This document shows positions 31,834-42,339 of a DNA stretch of 64,000 nt, one piece after another (within the stretch, counting starts at the first letter, position 1; the number at the start of each line of letters is the position of its first letter). Origin of the DNA: Thermoanaerobaculaceae bacterium (GTDB lineage Bacteria > Acidobacteriota > Thermoanaerobaculia > Multivoradales > UBA5704); contig CAWAUI010000004.1 in the NCBI GenBank assembly GCA_963785165.1, positions 13,321 through 77,320 on the forward strand, written 5' to 3'. Under the pieces are notes generated by a model, which had not been told where the DNA came from, did not search any database, and worked only from the letters and a program-made list of their open reading frames with translations. The translations under genes and the position numbers were made by a program.

Positions 31834-31894
31834 AAGGCCGCCACCGGGGCTCCGTTCGCTGAGGACGAGGCGTCCCGAGGTTTGGGACGCCGCC

Positions 31895-34712
31895 CTACAG
31901 CCTGAAATCCCGCCGCACCTGCCCCTGCTCCAGATCCAGCACCACGACCCGGCCGCGGTCGTCCGCGAGGATGAGGTGCAGCGGGGTGAGGCGCAGGGTG
32001 GTGCGGGCGGTGCGGCCGAGGGTGATCTCGGCGCGGACGGCGGTGGTGGGGAGGTGGATGAGGTAGACGACGAGGGCTTCCGGCGTGTGGACGGGGAGGG
32101 CGGCCCAGTCGCCGGAGACCACGGGATCGCCCGGCTTGCCCGGTCCGGGGAGCGGCACCTCGAAGCGGGTGGCGCCGTGGACGTGGAGGGCGATCCGGCG
32201 TCCCGCGCCGCCCAGGGCCTCGGCCAGCGTTCCCTCGGGGGAGACGGCGATGGGATGGGAGCGCCGGTGCTCGGGGGCGGGCGGCACCGAGTCTCTCCGC
32301 CTCAAGGTGAGGGAGGGGGAGCTCGTAGGTCCAGATCTCGTGCCCTTCCTCGTCGTCCCCGAACGCCAGGGAGCAACGGCCGGTGTCTCGCGAGATGGCC
32401 AGGGTCGGCCCCGGCAGGCGCGAGACGCCCCAGGAGCCTTCGAGGCTGGGGGCGGCGGTCTCGACGGCGAGCAGGCCGTCCGGACCGGACACGAACCAGA
32501 GGGCGCCGTCGTAGGTGGGGGCGAAGGCGTCGAGGCGGGCGTCGCACCAGGTCTCGGCCCGGCGGTTGACGAAATCGAGCTTGGCGAGGCGCCAGACGTC
32601 GCCGCGGCGGGCGAGGGCGATGGCCCGGCCGCCGTGGTCGGAGACGGCGAGGAGATGGGCCGGCTGGTCGAGCTCGGCCACCACGCGCCCGCCGCGCGAG
32701 AGGAGGCGGACGCCCGCCTCGCCCAGGGCCACGGCGGTGAGGCCGTTGGGCAGGAAGGCGGCGTCGCAGGCAGGGCGGGTGCCGGCGTCCCGGGCGGCGA
32801 TCTCCACGTACCAGGGCTCGGGCCGCTGGGTCCACGGCTCCCCGGCGGAGATCGGCAAGGCTTGGGTGTCGGTCCTCAGGGCGCCGTCGCCCGCGAAGGA
32901 GGCGAGATCCCGCAGGCCGGCGGTGTCTACGCGCGCGCCCTGGCGGCCGGAGTCGCGGGCCACGGCGCGCACGGCGGCGCGGGCGAGGATGGTGGTGGCC
33001 GGCGTCCGGGGGCCGCGGCGGATTTCGTCGCCGAAGGCGAGGCGGGCGGCCACCCCTTCGGCGCGCCAGCTTTCGAGGAGCGTCAGGGCCTGGGTGCGGA
33101 TCTGCTCGAAGGGCTCCGAGTCCAACCCCGCCTTGCGGGCCAGCATGCGGCCGGCGGGAGCTCCGCCCTGGGCAATGGCCCGGTCCATCCAGTCGAGGGC
33201 GCGGAGCCGCTCTTCGGGGAGGGGCCAGAGCACGTCCACGGCGGCGGCGTAGTCGCCGGCTCCGGCCAGCTCCTGGGCCCACAGGCGCCGCAGCTCGGCG
33301 GCCTCCTCGGTGCGCCGGCTGCGCTCCAGGCGGGCCACGGCGTCGGCGAAGGTGCCGGTGCGGCGGGCGATTTTGAGGCCGCGCCGCCGGTCGCCGGCCA
33401 GGAACCACTGGCGCACCACGAGGCCGGGCGGCAGGTCGCGGGCCTCGGCCACCTCGGCGGCGAGGCGCAGGCGCCCGTGGCGTTCCAGGAAGGCCACGGC
33501 CTCCTCGTGGGCATGCAACACCTCGGCGAGGAGGAAGGCGGCCTCCTCGATGCGGCCTTGGCTCTCCAGGCGGTGGAAGGCGTCGCGGTAGAGGCGCCGC
33601 AGCTCGCCGTGAAGGCCGGGCGCGATCTCGGCCACGGACCAGGGGCGCGCGGGCCGGGAGTAGCGTTCGGGGCGGATGTGGAGGTCCGCCCGGGGGGCCA
33701 GGGGGCGCAGGGGCATCCGGCGGGGTCCGCCGGCCTCGGCCGTGAGGGGTATGGCGTGGCGCAGGGCGTTGTCGAAGTCGCCGCTCTCGAACATCTCCTG
33801 CATTTTGCGGATGTAGGCCGCGTGATGCCGGCCGATGGCCCGCGAGAGGCGCGAGGCCAGGGCCGTGCGGCCGGTCAACCGGTGGAGGGCGGTGCCGAAC
33901 CGGGCGCCCAGGCCGCCGGACCGCGAGCGGTGGGGCTCGCCGGGCTTCGGTTGGTCTCCGGAGTGTCCCTGCGATCCATGAGCGCCATGCGACTCCCGCC
34001 GGGCCGGGCGTTCGCGCGCGGCGTGCGGCTTGGGAGCGGCGGGCGCCTCGGTCATTACGGGTGCGGACGCGGGCGGCTCCGCGCGGCGGCCGGCGGTGGG
34101 AGGAGCGGCGGCGCGCAGGAGGCGGACGCACATGGCGTCCTCGGGGAGGTCGATCATCACCTCGCCCGCGCTCCAGAGGCCGCGCCGCAGGGTCAGGCCG
34201 ACGCGCGAGGCGCCCGGCTCCAGGACGTCGCGGATCAGGAGGTGCGAGGCGCCCGGCAGGTCGGGCGGCGAGCCGAGGCGGGGGGCGCCAACCACCCAGA
34301 GGTCGTCGCCGTCCAGGTTCCCCGCGATCCGCTCACGCCAGGCCGCGATCTCGCCGTCCGTGGCCTCGTGGGGCGTCCGCGAGCCCACCAGACGGCGCAG
34401 ACCGTCCGGCGTCAGGCCGGGGGTCAGCAGCGCTTCCGGCTCCTGGAGGAGACCCCAGGAGAGGCTGGCTCCCGCTTCGCCGGCGCGGCGGGCGAGGGCG
34501 ATCAACACGGCCATCTGCGCGATGCGGGGCGAGCCCAGCTGGCCGGGGCCGGCGTCGAAGATGGTGAGGAGGGTCCGTCCCCGCGTCGGGACCTCCAGGG
34601 GACCCAGACAGGCGGCGACCCCGTCGAGGAGGGGGACGAAGGACGCGGCCACCTCCCGGGGGAAGATCTCCAGGTACGGTGCCCACACCAGGAACGAGCC
34701 GGGTGACTCCAT
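31895..34712 (-). CDS. MoxR-vWA-beta-propeller ternary-system-like protein (vWA-like N-terminus, bpX6-protein-like body; frameshift near 32305)
   Basis: FDAGPGQLGSPRIAQMAVLIALARRA and AAYIRKMQEMFESGDFDNALRHAIPL...EEAAFLLAEVL...AVAFLERHGRLRLAAEVAEAR. Recognised from memory of these families, not from a search. Confidence 0.6.
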
Positions 34713-34835
34713 TCGCGTCCGATCCTCCCCCAGGCCACCCGCGAAGCGGCCCCACGTTCAATGGAAAAGAGAATGCTCTAGGGTACTAGTGCAGGCAGTG
34801 GCTTGTCGAGGGACGGACGGCGTCACTTTTCTTTG

Positions 34836-35231
34836 TCACCCCGCTGACCCCGGCAACGAGAACTGGTGCGGCAGCAGCTCTGCCAGCGTCGTCTCCTCCC
34901 GCTCGTCCTGGGTGTTGACGACCAGGATGGGGAGGTCCCTGGTGAACTCGGCGAGGGTCTGGCGGCAGAGCCCGCAGGGGTAGGCGGGCGGGTGGGCGTC
35001 CGTCACCACCGCCACGGCCTGGGGCTTGCGCAGGCCCGCCGAGGCCGCGGCGGCGATGGCGTTGCGCTCGGCGCAGATGGCGAGGGCGGGGATGCAGTTC
35101 TCGACGTTGGCCGCGGCGTGGATGGAGCCGTCTTCCATGAGCACCGCGGCGCCCACGGCGAAATGGCTGTAGGGCGCGTAGGCGTGGGCGCGGGCGGCCC
35201 GGGCGGCGGCGATCAGGGGCTCCCAATCCAT
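34836..35231 (-). CDS. cdd: Cytidine deaminase
   Basis: AYAPYSHFAVGAA, NVEN, CAERNAI, PCGLCRQ. Confidence 0.96.
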   Translation of the reverse strand: MDWEPLIAAARAARAHAYAPYSHFAVGAAVLMEDGSIHAAANVENCIPALAICAERNAIAAAASAGLRKPQAVAVVTDAHPPAYPCGLCRQTLAEFTRDLPILVVNTQDEREETTLAELLPHQFSLPGSAG

Positions 35232-35348
35232 GGACAGAGGAATGTAACACGCCTCTGTGATACCGTACGGGCGCTTCCGGGCTCCCGCACCGGAGCCGCG
35301 CCCGGTGCATCCCTTCTGGAGCTTGGAGATTTGACCGACGCCGGAGAG

Positions 35349-35380
35349 GTCGCCTCCCGCGCGGAGGCGTGGATTGAAAC
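35349..35380 (+). CRISPR. Solitary type I-C-like CRISPR repeat (not an array)
   Basis: GTCGCCTCCCGCGCGGAGGCGTGGATTGAAAC: 32 bp, 7-bp stem, 3' ATTGAAAC. One copy only. Confidence 0.8.
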
Positions 35381-35410
35381 CCCTACAGTTTTTCCAGGAG
35401 GAGCACGGCT

Positions 35411-36664
<1,254 letters not shown>

Positions 36665-36695
36665 CGAATCCAAAGAACCGAAAGAGAGCTTTTCG

Positions 36696-37635
36696 ATGCG
36701 ATACAAAGTAACCGTGGTGGGCGCCGGCAACGTCGGCGCGACGCGCCGCTCAGCTCGATCGCCCAGGCGGACCTCGGCCGACGTGGTGATGGTGGACGTG
36801 GCCGCGGATCTCGCGACCGGCAAGGCGCTGGACATGATGGAGTCGGCCCCGGTGCTGGGCTTCAACGCCCACATCACGGGCGGCGGCGACTACGACCCCG
36901 ACCGCCGGCTCGCACGTCTGCGTCATCACCGCCGGCCTGGCCCGGAAGCCCGGCATGAGCCGCGACGACCTGCTGGCCAAGAACACGGAGATCGTCACGC
37001 GAGGTGGTGCGCCAGCTGGTCTCGCGCTCGCCCGACACCATCCTCATCATCGTCACCAATCCGCTCGACGCCATGTGCGAGGTGGCCCGCCGGGTCTCCG
37101 GCTTCCCCCGCGAGCGGGTGATCGGCATGGCCGGCGTGCTCGACGCCGCCCGCATGCGCTGGTTCATCGCCGAGAAGCTCAAGGTCATCGGTCGAGGACG
37201 TCGACGCCTTCGTGCTCGGCGGCCACGGCGACACCATGGTGCCGCTGCCGCGCTACGCCACGGTCAACGGCGTCCCGCTGCCGCAGCTCCTGGACGCCGC
37301 CGACGATCGAGGCGATCAACGACCGCACCAGGAACGGCGGCATCGAGATCGTCAACTACTACAAGACGGGCTCGGCCTACTACGCGCCCGGCGCCTCGCT
37401 CCTACGAGATGGTGGCCGCCATCCTCAAGGACAAGAAGAAGATCCTCCCCTGCGCCGTGCTACCTCCAGGGCGAGTACGGCTACAAGGACCTCTTCGTCG
37501 GCGTCCCCTGCCAGCTCGGCCTCGCCGGCATGGAGCGGGTGGTCGAGCTCAAGCTGACGGTCGAGGAGAAGGCCCAGCTCGACAAGTCGGCCCAGGCGGT
37601 GAAGGGGCTGGTCGAGGCGTTGCCGAAAGGGGTAG
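36696..37635 (+). CDS. mdh: Malate dehydrogenase, LDH-like (several frameshifts; end approximate)
   Basis: [44 protein letters not shown]. Confidence 0.95.
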
Positions 37636-37680
37636 GAACGGCGAGAGCAACCTACAATAGAGCGTTTTCGTACCAAGCCC

Positions 37681-40105
37681 ATGCGAAACGCTCGCTCCCT
37701 CCTTCTCTGGCTGATCGCCGGCCTCGCCGGGGTGGCCCTGCTCGCCTGGGCCTTCCCGCGGGCCTTCCCGTTCCTGCCCAAGCCCTGGTCGACGACGCGG
37801 GCCGAGGCGGTCGCGCATCGCCCTGGAGCACGTTCGCGACCTGGGCGAGCCGGTCGAAGGACCCCTACGTCGTGGCGACGCTCGACCGGGACTTCTTCCT
37901 GGAGCGCCGCCTCCAGCTCGCCCTGGACCAGGGGCGGGAGCGGGAGGTGCGGGAGTCGGCGCTGGCGGACCAGATCAGCGGCTGGCAGGTGCTCGTCTAT
38001 CCGCGGGGAGCGCGCGCTGGACGACTGGACCTACCGGGCCTGACGTCTCTCCCCGGGGCGAGATCCTCTCCCTGCGCCAGCGGTTCGATCCCGCAGGACA
38101 CACGGGCGCGCCGATCTCGCCAGAAGGAGGCGGGAGCGCAGGCCGAGCGCTTTCCTCAGGCAGCAGGGGATCGACCTCTCGCGCTTCGACGGACCCGAGA
38201 TCCGCAGCCAGCAGCTCGCCCGCCGCACCGACCTGACGGTCCGCTATCCGCGACCGCCGGATCTCCTCGGCGCGGGGGCTCACCCACGGCTTCCAGGTCT
38301 TCTTCGCCGGCGACCGCCTGGCCGGCTTCGACCCGTGGCTCGACGATCCCGCGGAGAAGAGCAGCTCATCGAGTCGCTCCGGGGCTCAGCTTCCTGTTCG
38401 TCAGCCGGGTGGTCTGGATCTTCCTGCTCGCCGGCCTGCTGGCCTTCCCGTTCCTCAAGCGCTATCACGAGGGGGAGATCGGCGTCCGCCGCGGCGTCCA
38501 GATCTTCCTCCTGGTCGCCGTCTCGGGCCTGGTCCTGATGCTCCTCGCCGGCCGCGCCAACTCGCAGGGCACCGACTTCGGCTTCGCCTCCCGGCAGCAG
38601 AACACCTGGCTCGTGCGTGCTGTTCGACGATGGTCTTCCTGATCCTGCCCGCCGCGCTGCTCGCCTTCTTCGCCTGGTCCGTGGGCGAGTCGATCTGCCG
38701 CGAACGCTGGGGGCACAAGCTGGCGGCCTTCGACGCCCTGTTCCAGGGCGACTTGGCGAACCGGACGGTGGCCCGCTCCGCCTTCCGGGGCTGGATGGCG
38801 GGGCTCGCCGGCCGCGGGCGGGCTGACGGCGCTGCTGGCTGCCGTCCAGCAGCCTGGGCGGCTGGCCGTTCTCGTCCCTCGTCCTGAGCGCGGACACCCG
38901 GTGGCCCGGACTGGAGCTGGTGCTGCGCGCTCCTCGGCCGTCAGCCTCCCCTTCGATCTCGCGATCGTCCTCTGGCTCCTGCCGGTCCTGGCCCGGCGTC
39001 TGGGCGTGTGGCGGAGGCTCGTGGCTGACCGTGCTGGTGGCGGCCGTGCGTCCTGCCTGCCCCTGGTCCTGGCCGCTCCCCTGGGCTGGACGCTTCGCCT
39101 CGGCGCTGGTGGTGGCTGGCCGTCCTGGTGGCCCTCTTCGTGGCCGACCGACCTGCTGACGGTGCTCCTGGCGGGCTTCGTGACCCAGACCCTGCTCTCG
39201 CGCCTGGCCCCTGCTGACGGCCGAGGATCGGCAGCTTCCAGGTTCAGGGCTGGCTCGCGCTGGGCCTGCTGGCGGTGCCGCTGCTCGCGAGCGTCCGCCA
39301 CCTCGCGAGCGGCAAGGAGTTCGTCTACCGCTACGAGGACGTGCCGCCCCACGTGCGGCGCATCGCCGAGCGCGAGCGCCAGCGGGTGGAGCTGGAGACG
39401 GCCCGGCGCATCCAGAGCTCGATCCTGCCCGACCTGCCGCCGCGGCTCGCGGGCGTGGACATCGCCCACGCCTACCTGCCGGCCTCCGAGGTGGGAGGCG
39501 ACTTCTACGACGTGCTGGCGCTGGAGGACGGCCGCCTCGCCGTGGCCGTGGGCGACGTGGCGGGCCACGGCGTCTCCTCGGGGCTCATGATGTCCATGGC
39601 CAAGTCGGCGCTCGCCGTCCAGGTGACCTTCGACCCCGAGGTGGCGGAGGTCTTCCGGACCCTCAACCGGACGGTCTACCAGACGGCCCGCAAGCGGCTG
39701 CTCGCGACCCTCTGCTATGCGCTGCTCGATCCCCGCCGGCTGGAGATGGTCTACGCCTGCGCCGGCCACCTCTACCCCTACCGCATCACGGCCGCGGGGC
39801 GGGTCGAGTCCCTGGAGTCGATCGCCTACCCGCTGGGCGTACGGGGCGAGCTGCGGATCGAGGAGCACACCGCGCGCCTGGCGCCGGGCGACACGCTCTT
39901 CCTCTTCAGCGACGGCCTGGTCGAGGCCCGGCGCGAGGGGAACGACGAGCTCTTCGGCTTCGACCGGCTGGAGCAGAGCCTCGCCCGCCACGCCGGCCGC
40001 GGCGTCGAGGGCCTGCGCGACGGCGTCCTCGCGGACGTCGGCCGCTTCACCGGCGACGCTCCCCGCGAGGACGACCAGACCCTGGTGGTGCTGCGGCTGC
40101 CCTGA
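37681..40105 (+). CDS. Multi-pass membrane protein with C-terminal PP2C/SpoIIE phosphatase (many frameshifts)
   Basis: ELETARRIQSSILP, EVGGDFYD, GDVAGHG, FSDGLVE, EDDQTLVV. Confidence 0.88.
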
Positions 40106-40128
40106 GCCTGGACTGCCTTGAACCGGTC

Positions 40129-41976
40129 TTAAACCAGGTCCCGCAGCACCAGCGTCACGTCCCGGGATCCGGCGCCGGTCTTGACGGTCAAGCGCACGTT
40201 CGTTCCCGGGGCGGACGTCTTGAATTGGCTCCTCACCTCGGGGAGAACCAGATCCTTGGCGTTCCGGCCGTCGATCGCGGTGATCACGTCTCCCGTCTTG
40301 AGCCCGGCCTCGGCGGCGGGGCCGTTCGCGGTCACGTCCATCACCTTGAAGCCGGCTTCGTCGCGGTTGAGCCACAGGCCGGCGCGGTCGTAGGCGTCGG
40401 GCCGGGCGAAGCTCTCGTTGGGCTCGAGGAACATGCGCTTCTTGCTGTAGTCGAAGGTGACGTCGAACCGCTTCAGGACGCCGCCGCCGACGTTCCCGGC
40501 GAAGTACCGGTTGGCGAGGGCTCCCTTCTCGACGAGCGCGAGGTCGGTCAAGGGCGCCGGCACCTCGACGCCGCCCAGCTTGAGCGTCTTCGCCCGGGTG
40601 AAGAGCGAGCGCACGCCGCCGCCCACGCCCCAGCCGGAGAGCGCCTCCACCCGGGGCGCGTACTTGGCCTCGAGCCCGTGCTCCTTGACGAACGGGCCGT
40701 TCAGGGTGAGCGAGGCCCGGCCGCCGGTGTCGATGGTGAAGAGCCCCTTGATGCCGTCGATCTCGCCTTCCACCTGGGGCGTGTTGTCCTCGAACGTGAA
40801 GGGTACCTGGGCCGCGCCCGCCGGCTCCTGGAAAGCTTCGGGGAGGATGAACGTCAGCTTCTCCCTGGCGTACTCGACGCGGGCGATCAGGCGCTTGAGG
40901 AGCTCGTACCCCACGACGCCGTTCACGTCCAGCCCTTCGGCCTGGTCGAGCCCGGTCAAGGGGACCACGAAGAACACCTGGTCGCGCAGGGTGACGCCGC
41001 CGATGGCGACCTCGGGCACGCGGACGAGGCCGAAGTCCGCCGACTTCTCGCCCACGCCCCGCATCTCGAGGCTCCCCTCGGCCTCGAGGCCCAGCCGTTC
41101 GACGCTTTCGGGCGTCAGGATGTTGACACCCCCGGTGTCGAACAGGAATTGGAACGGCTTGCCGCCGATCCGGACCTGGATGTAGACGTGATTGTTGAGC
41201 AGCCGGAAGGGGATCGTCTCCGAGGTCTTGCCGCCTGCGATGGCGAAATCGTGGCTCTTCGCCTCGGGCCTCTGGAACCTGGCCTCGTCGATGGGTGCGT
41301 TGACCTGGACGCTCTCCACGATGACCGTCTGGTCGTACTTGACCTCGCCGTTCGTGACGCGGAGAGAGAAGGGGATGCGGAGCCCACCCTCGACCTCCCG
41401 GTACCCCGAGAAGAACGTCGTGTTGGTGGTGGCGGACGTCTTTTCGACCGTGCGGTCGGCAAGGCCGGTCTGGGCGTCGATCCACATCTCGAACGGCCGG
41501 CCGCCTTCGGGGACGATGCGCAGCACGTGAAAGCCGCGTCCGCCGTCGGTCTTCTCCCCGGCGTAGGAGATCTCGGCCTTGTGCCGCTCGGGATACCAGT
41601 AGGAGAGAGACCGCCGATAGGCGTCGTTGGCGGCGCCTTCGCGGCCGTCGCCGCTGTCGTCCGAGCGGCTCTGGCCGGAGGAGTCCTGGGTCCAGGGAAC
41701 CTTGCCGTCAAACCCGTCGGCACCCTGAGCGGGGCCCAGCTTGTAGGTGGCGAGGAAGCGGCCGGTCCGCACGTCCTCCCAGGACTTGACCGTCCCGTCG
41801 AGCCCGCCGGTCGAGACCTTGGCGCGGGTGTAGAGAGTCTTCACGTCATCCCAGGCCTTCCCCCCCGACGCTTGCTTGGCGCGGGCGAGGATCGAGGCCG
41901 GGTTTTCAGCGGCATGAGCCCGTGGCACGGGAGCCGCGAGCAGAAAGATGGCGGTGAGGAGGGTGGAGGTTCTCAT
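40129..41976 (-). CDS. Secreted retropepsin-like aspartyl protease (two domains) with PDZ domain
   Basis: Signal peptide, FLFDTGG and FTIDTGG, GPAAEAGLKTGDVITAIDG. Confidence 0.9.
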   Translation of the reverse strand: MRTSTLLTAIFLLAAPVPRAHAAENPASILARAKQASGGKAWDDVKTLYTRAKVSTGGLDGTVKSWEDVRTGRFLATYKLGPAQGADGFDGKVPWTQDSSGQSRSDDSGDGREGAANDAYRRSLSYWYPERHKAEISYAGEKTDGGRGFHVLRIVPEGGRPFEMWIDAQTGLADRTVEKTSATTNTTFFSGYREVEGGLRIPFSLRVTNGEVKYDQTVIVESVQVNAPIDEARFQRPEAKSHDFAIAGGKTSETIPFRLLNNHVYIQVRIGGKPFQFLFDTGGVNILTPESVERLGLEAEGSLEMRGVGEKSADFGLVRVPEVAIGGVTLRDQVFFVVPLTGLDQAEGLDVNGVVGYELLKRLIARVEYAREKLTFILPEAFQEPAGAAQVPFTFEDNTPQVEGEIDGIKGLFTIDTGGRASLTLNGPFVKEHGLEAKYAPRVEALSGWGVGGGVRSLFTRAKTLKLGGVEVPAPLTDLALVEKGALANRYFAGNVGGGVLKRFDVTFDYSKKRMFLEPNESFARPDAYDRAGLWLNRDEAGFKVMDVTANGPAAEAGLKTGDVITAIDGRNAKDLVLPEVRSQFKTSAPGTNVRLTVKTGAGSRDVTLVLRDLV

Positions 41977-42080
41977 GCCTCCCAAACGTCGCGAGGAGCA
42001 GGAAGGTTACATCTTGGGTGTAGTAATCTAGAGAGGCCTTCGCGGCCTCAAACCGGCGAGATCTTATCCAGAGCAGCCTT

Positions 42081-42184
42081 TGCGGCCCGAAGGGTCGCGA
42101 GATTTCAGCCCAGGGCTTCGGCCGGTAGGCCGATGCCCTGGGTTAGCGGGCCCCCACAGTCCTGCGGCCTGAAGGGCCGCGAGA
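42081..42184. repeat. REP-like element with two palindromic direct repeats and a central hairpin
   Basis: tgcggcccgaagggtcgcgaga (42081) and tgcggcctgaagggccgcgaga (42163) flank cccagggc...gccctggg. Confidence 0.75.
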
Positions 42185-42261
42185 AGCCTGGGCGGATCGG
42201 GCATGGGCGCGGACAAAACACGGACGGACACGGACGGACAACGGGGACGGTCCGGCGCAGG

Positions 42262-42339
42262 TGAGACGCGAGTATTTTCACCCCCAGTCAAAAACACTCG
42301 CGAGTATTTTGGAGTGGGGGTGAAATTACTGGCATCTCA
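42262..42339. repeat. 78-bp imperfect palindrome beginning at the helicase stop codon
   Basis: Two 39-bp arms with 6 differences and no spacer. Confidence 0.85.

Noticed and set aside
31877-31890. Hairpin between the hydrolase and the ternary-system-like gene (coordinates approximate)
   Set aside because: An ordinary terminator-like stem between convergent genes.
32085-34706. Long antisense ORFs here and opposite uvrB, pruA, the TPR gene and the helicase
   Set aside because: Shadow frames expected in very GC-rich coding DNA; no motifs recognised.
35280-35298. Degenerate first CRISPR repeat (GGCTCCCGCACCGGAGCC) about 70 bp upstream of the solitary repeat
   Set aside because: The stem resembles the repeat, but the 3' ATTGAAAC handle is absent and GC hairpins are common here. 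A mini-array is not called, though not excluded.
42262-42339. Integron attC site
   Set aside because: No RYYYAAC/GTTRRRY ends and no integrase.
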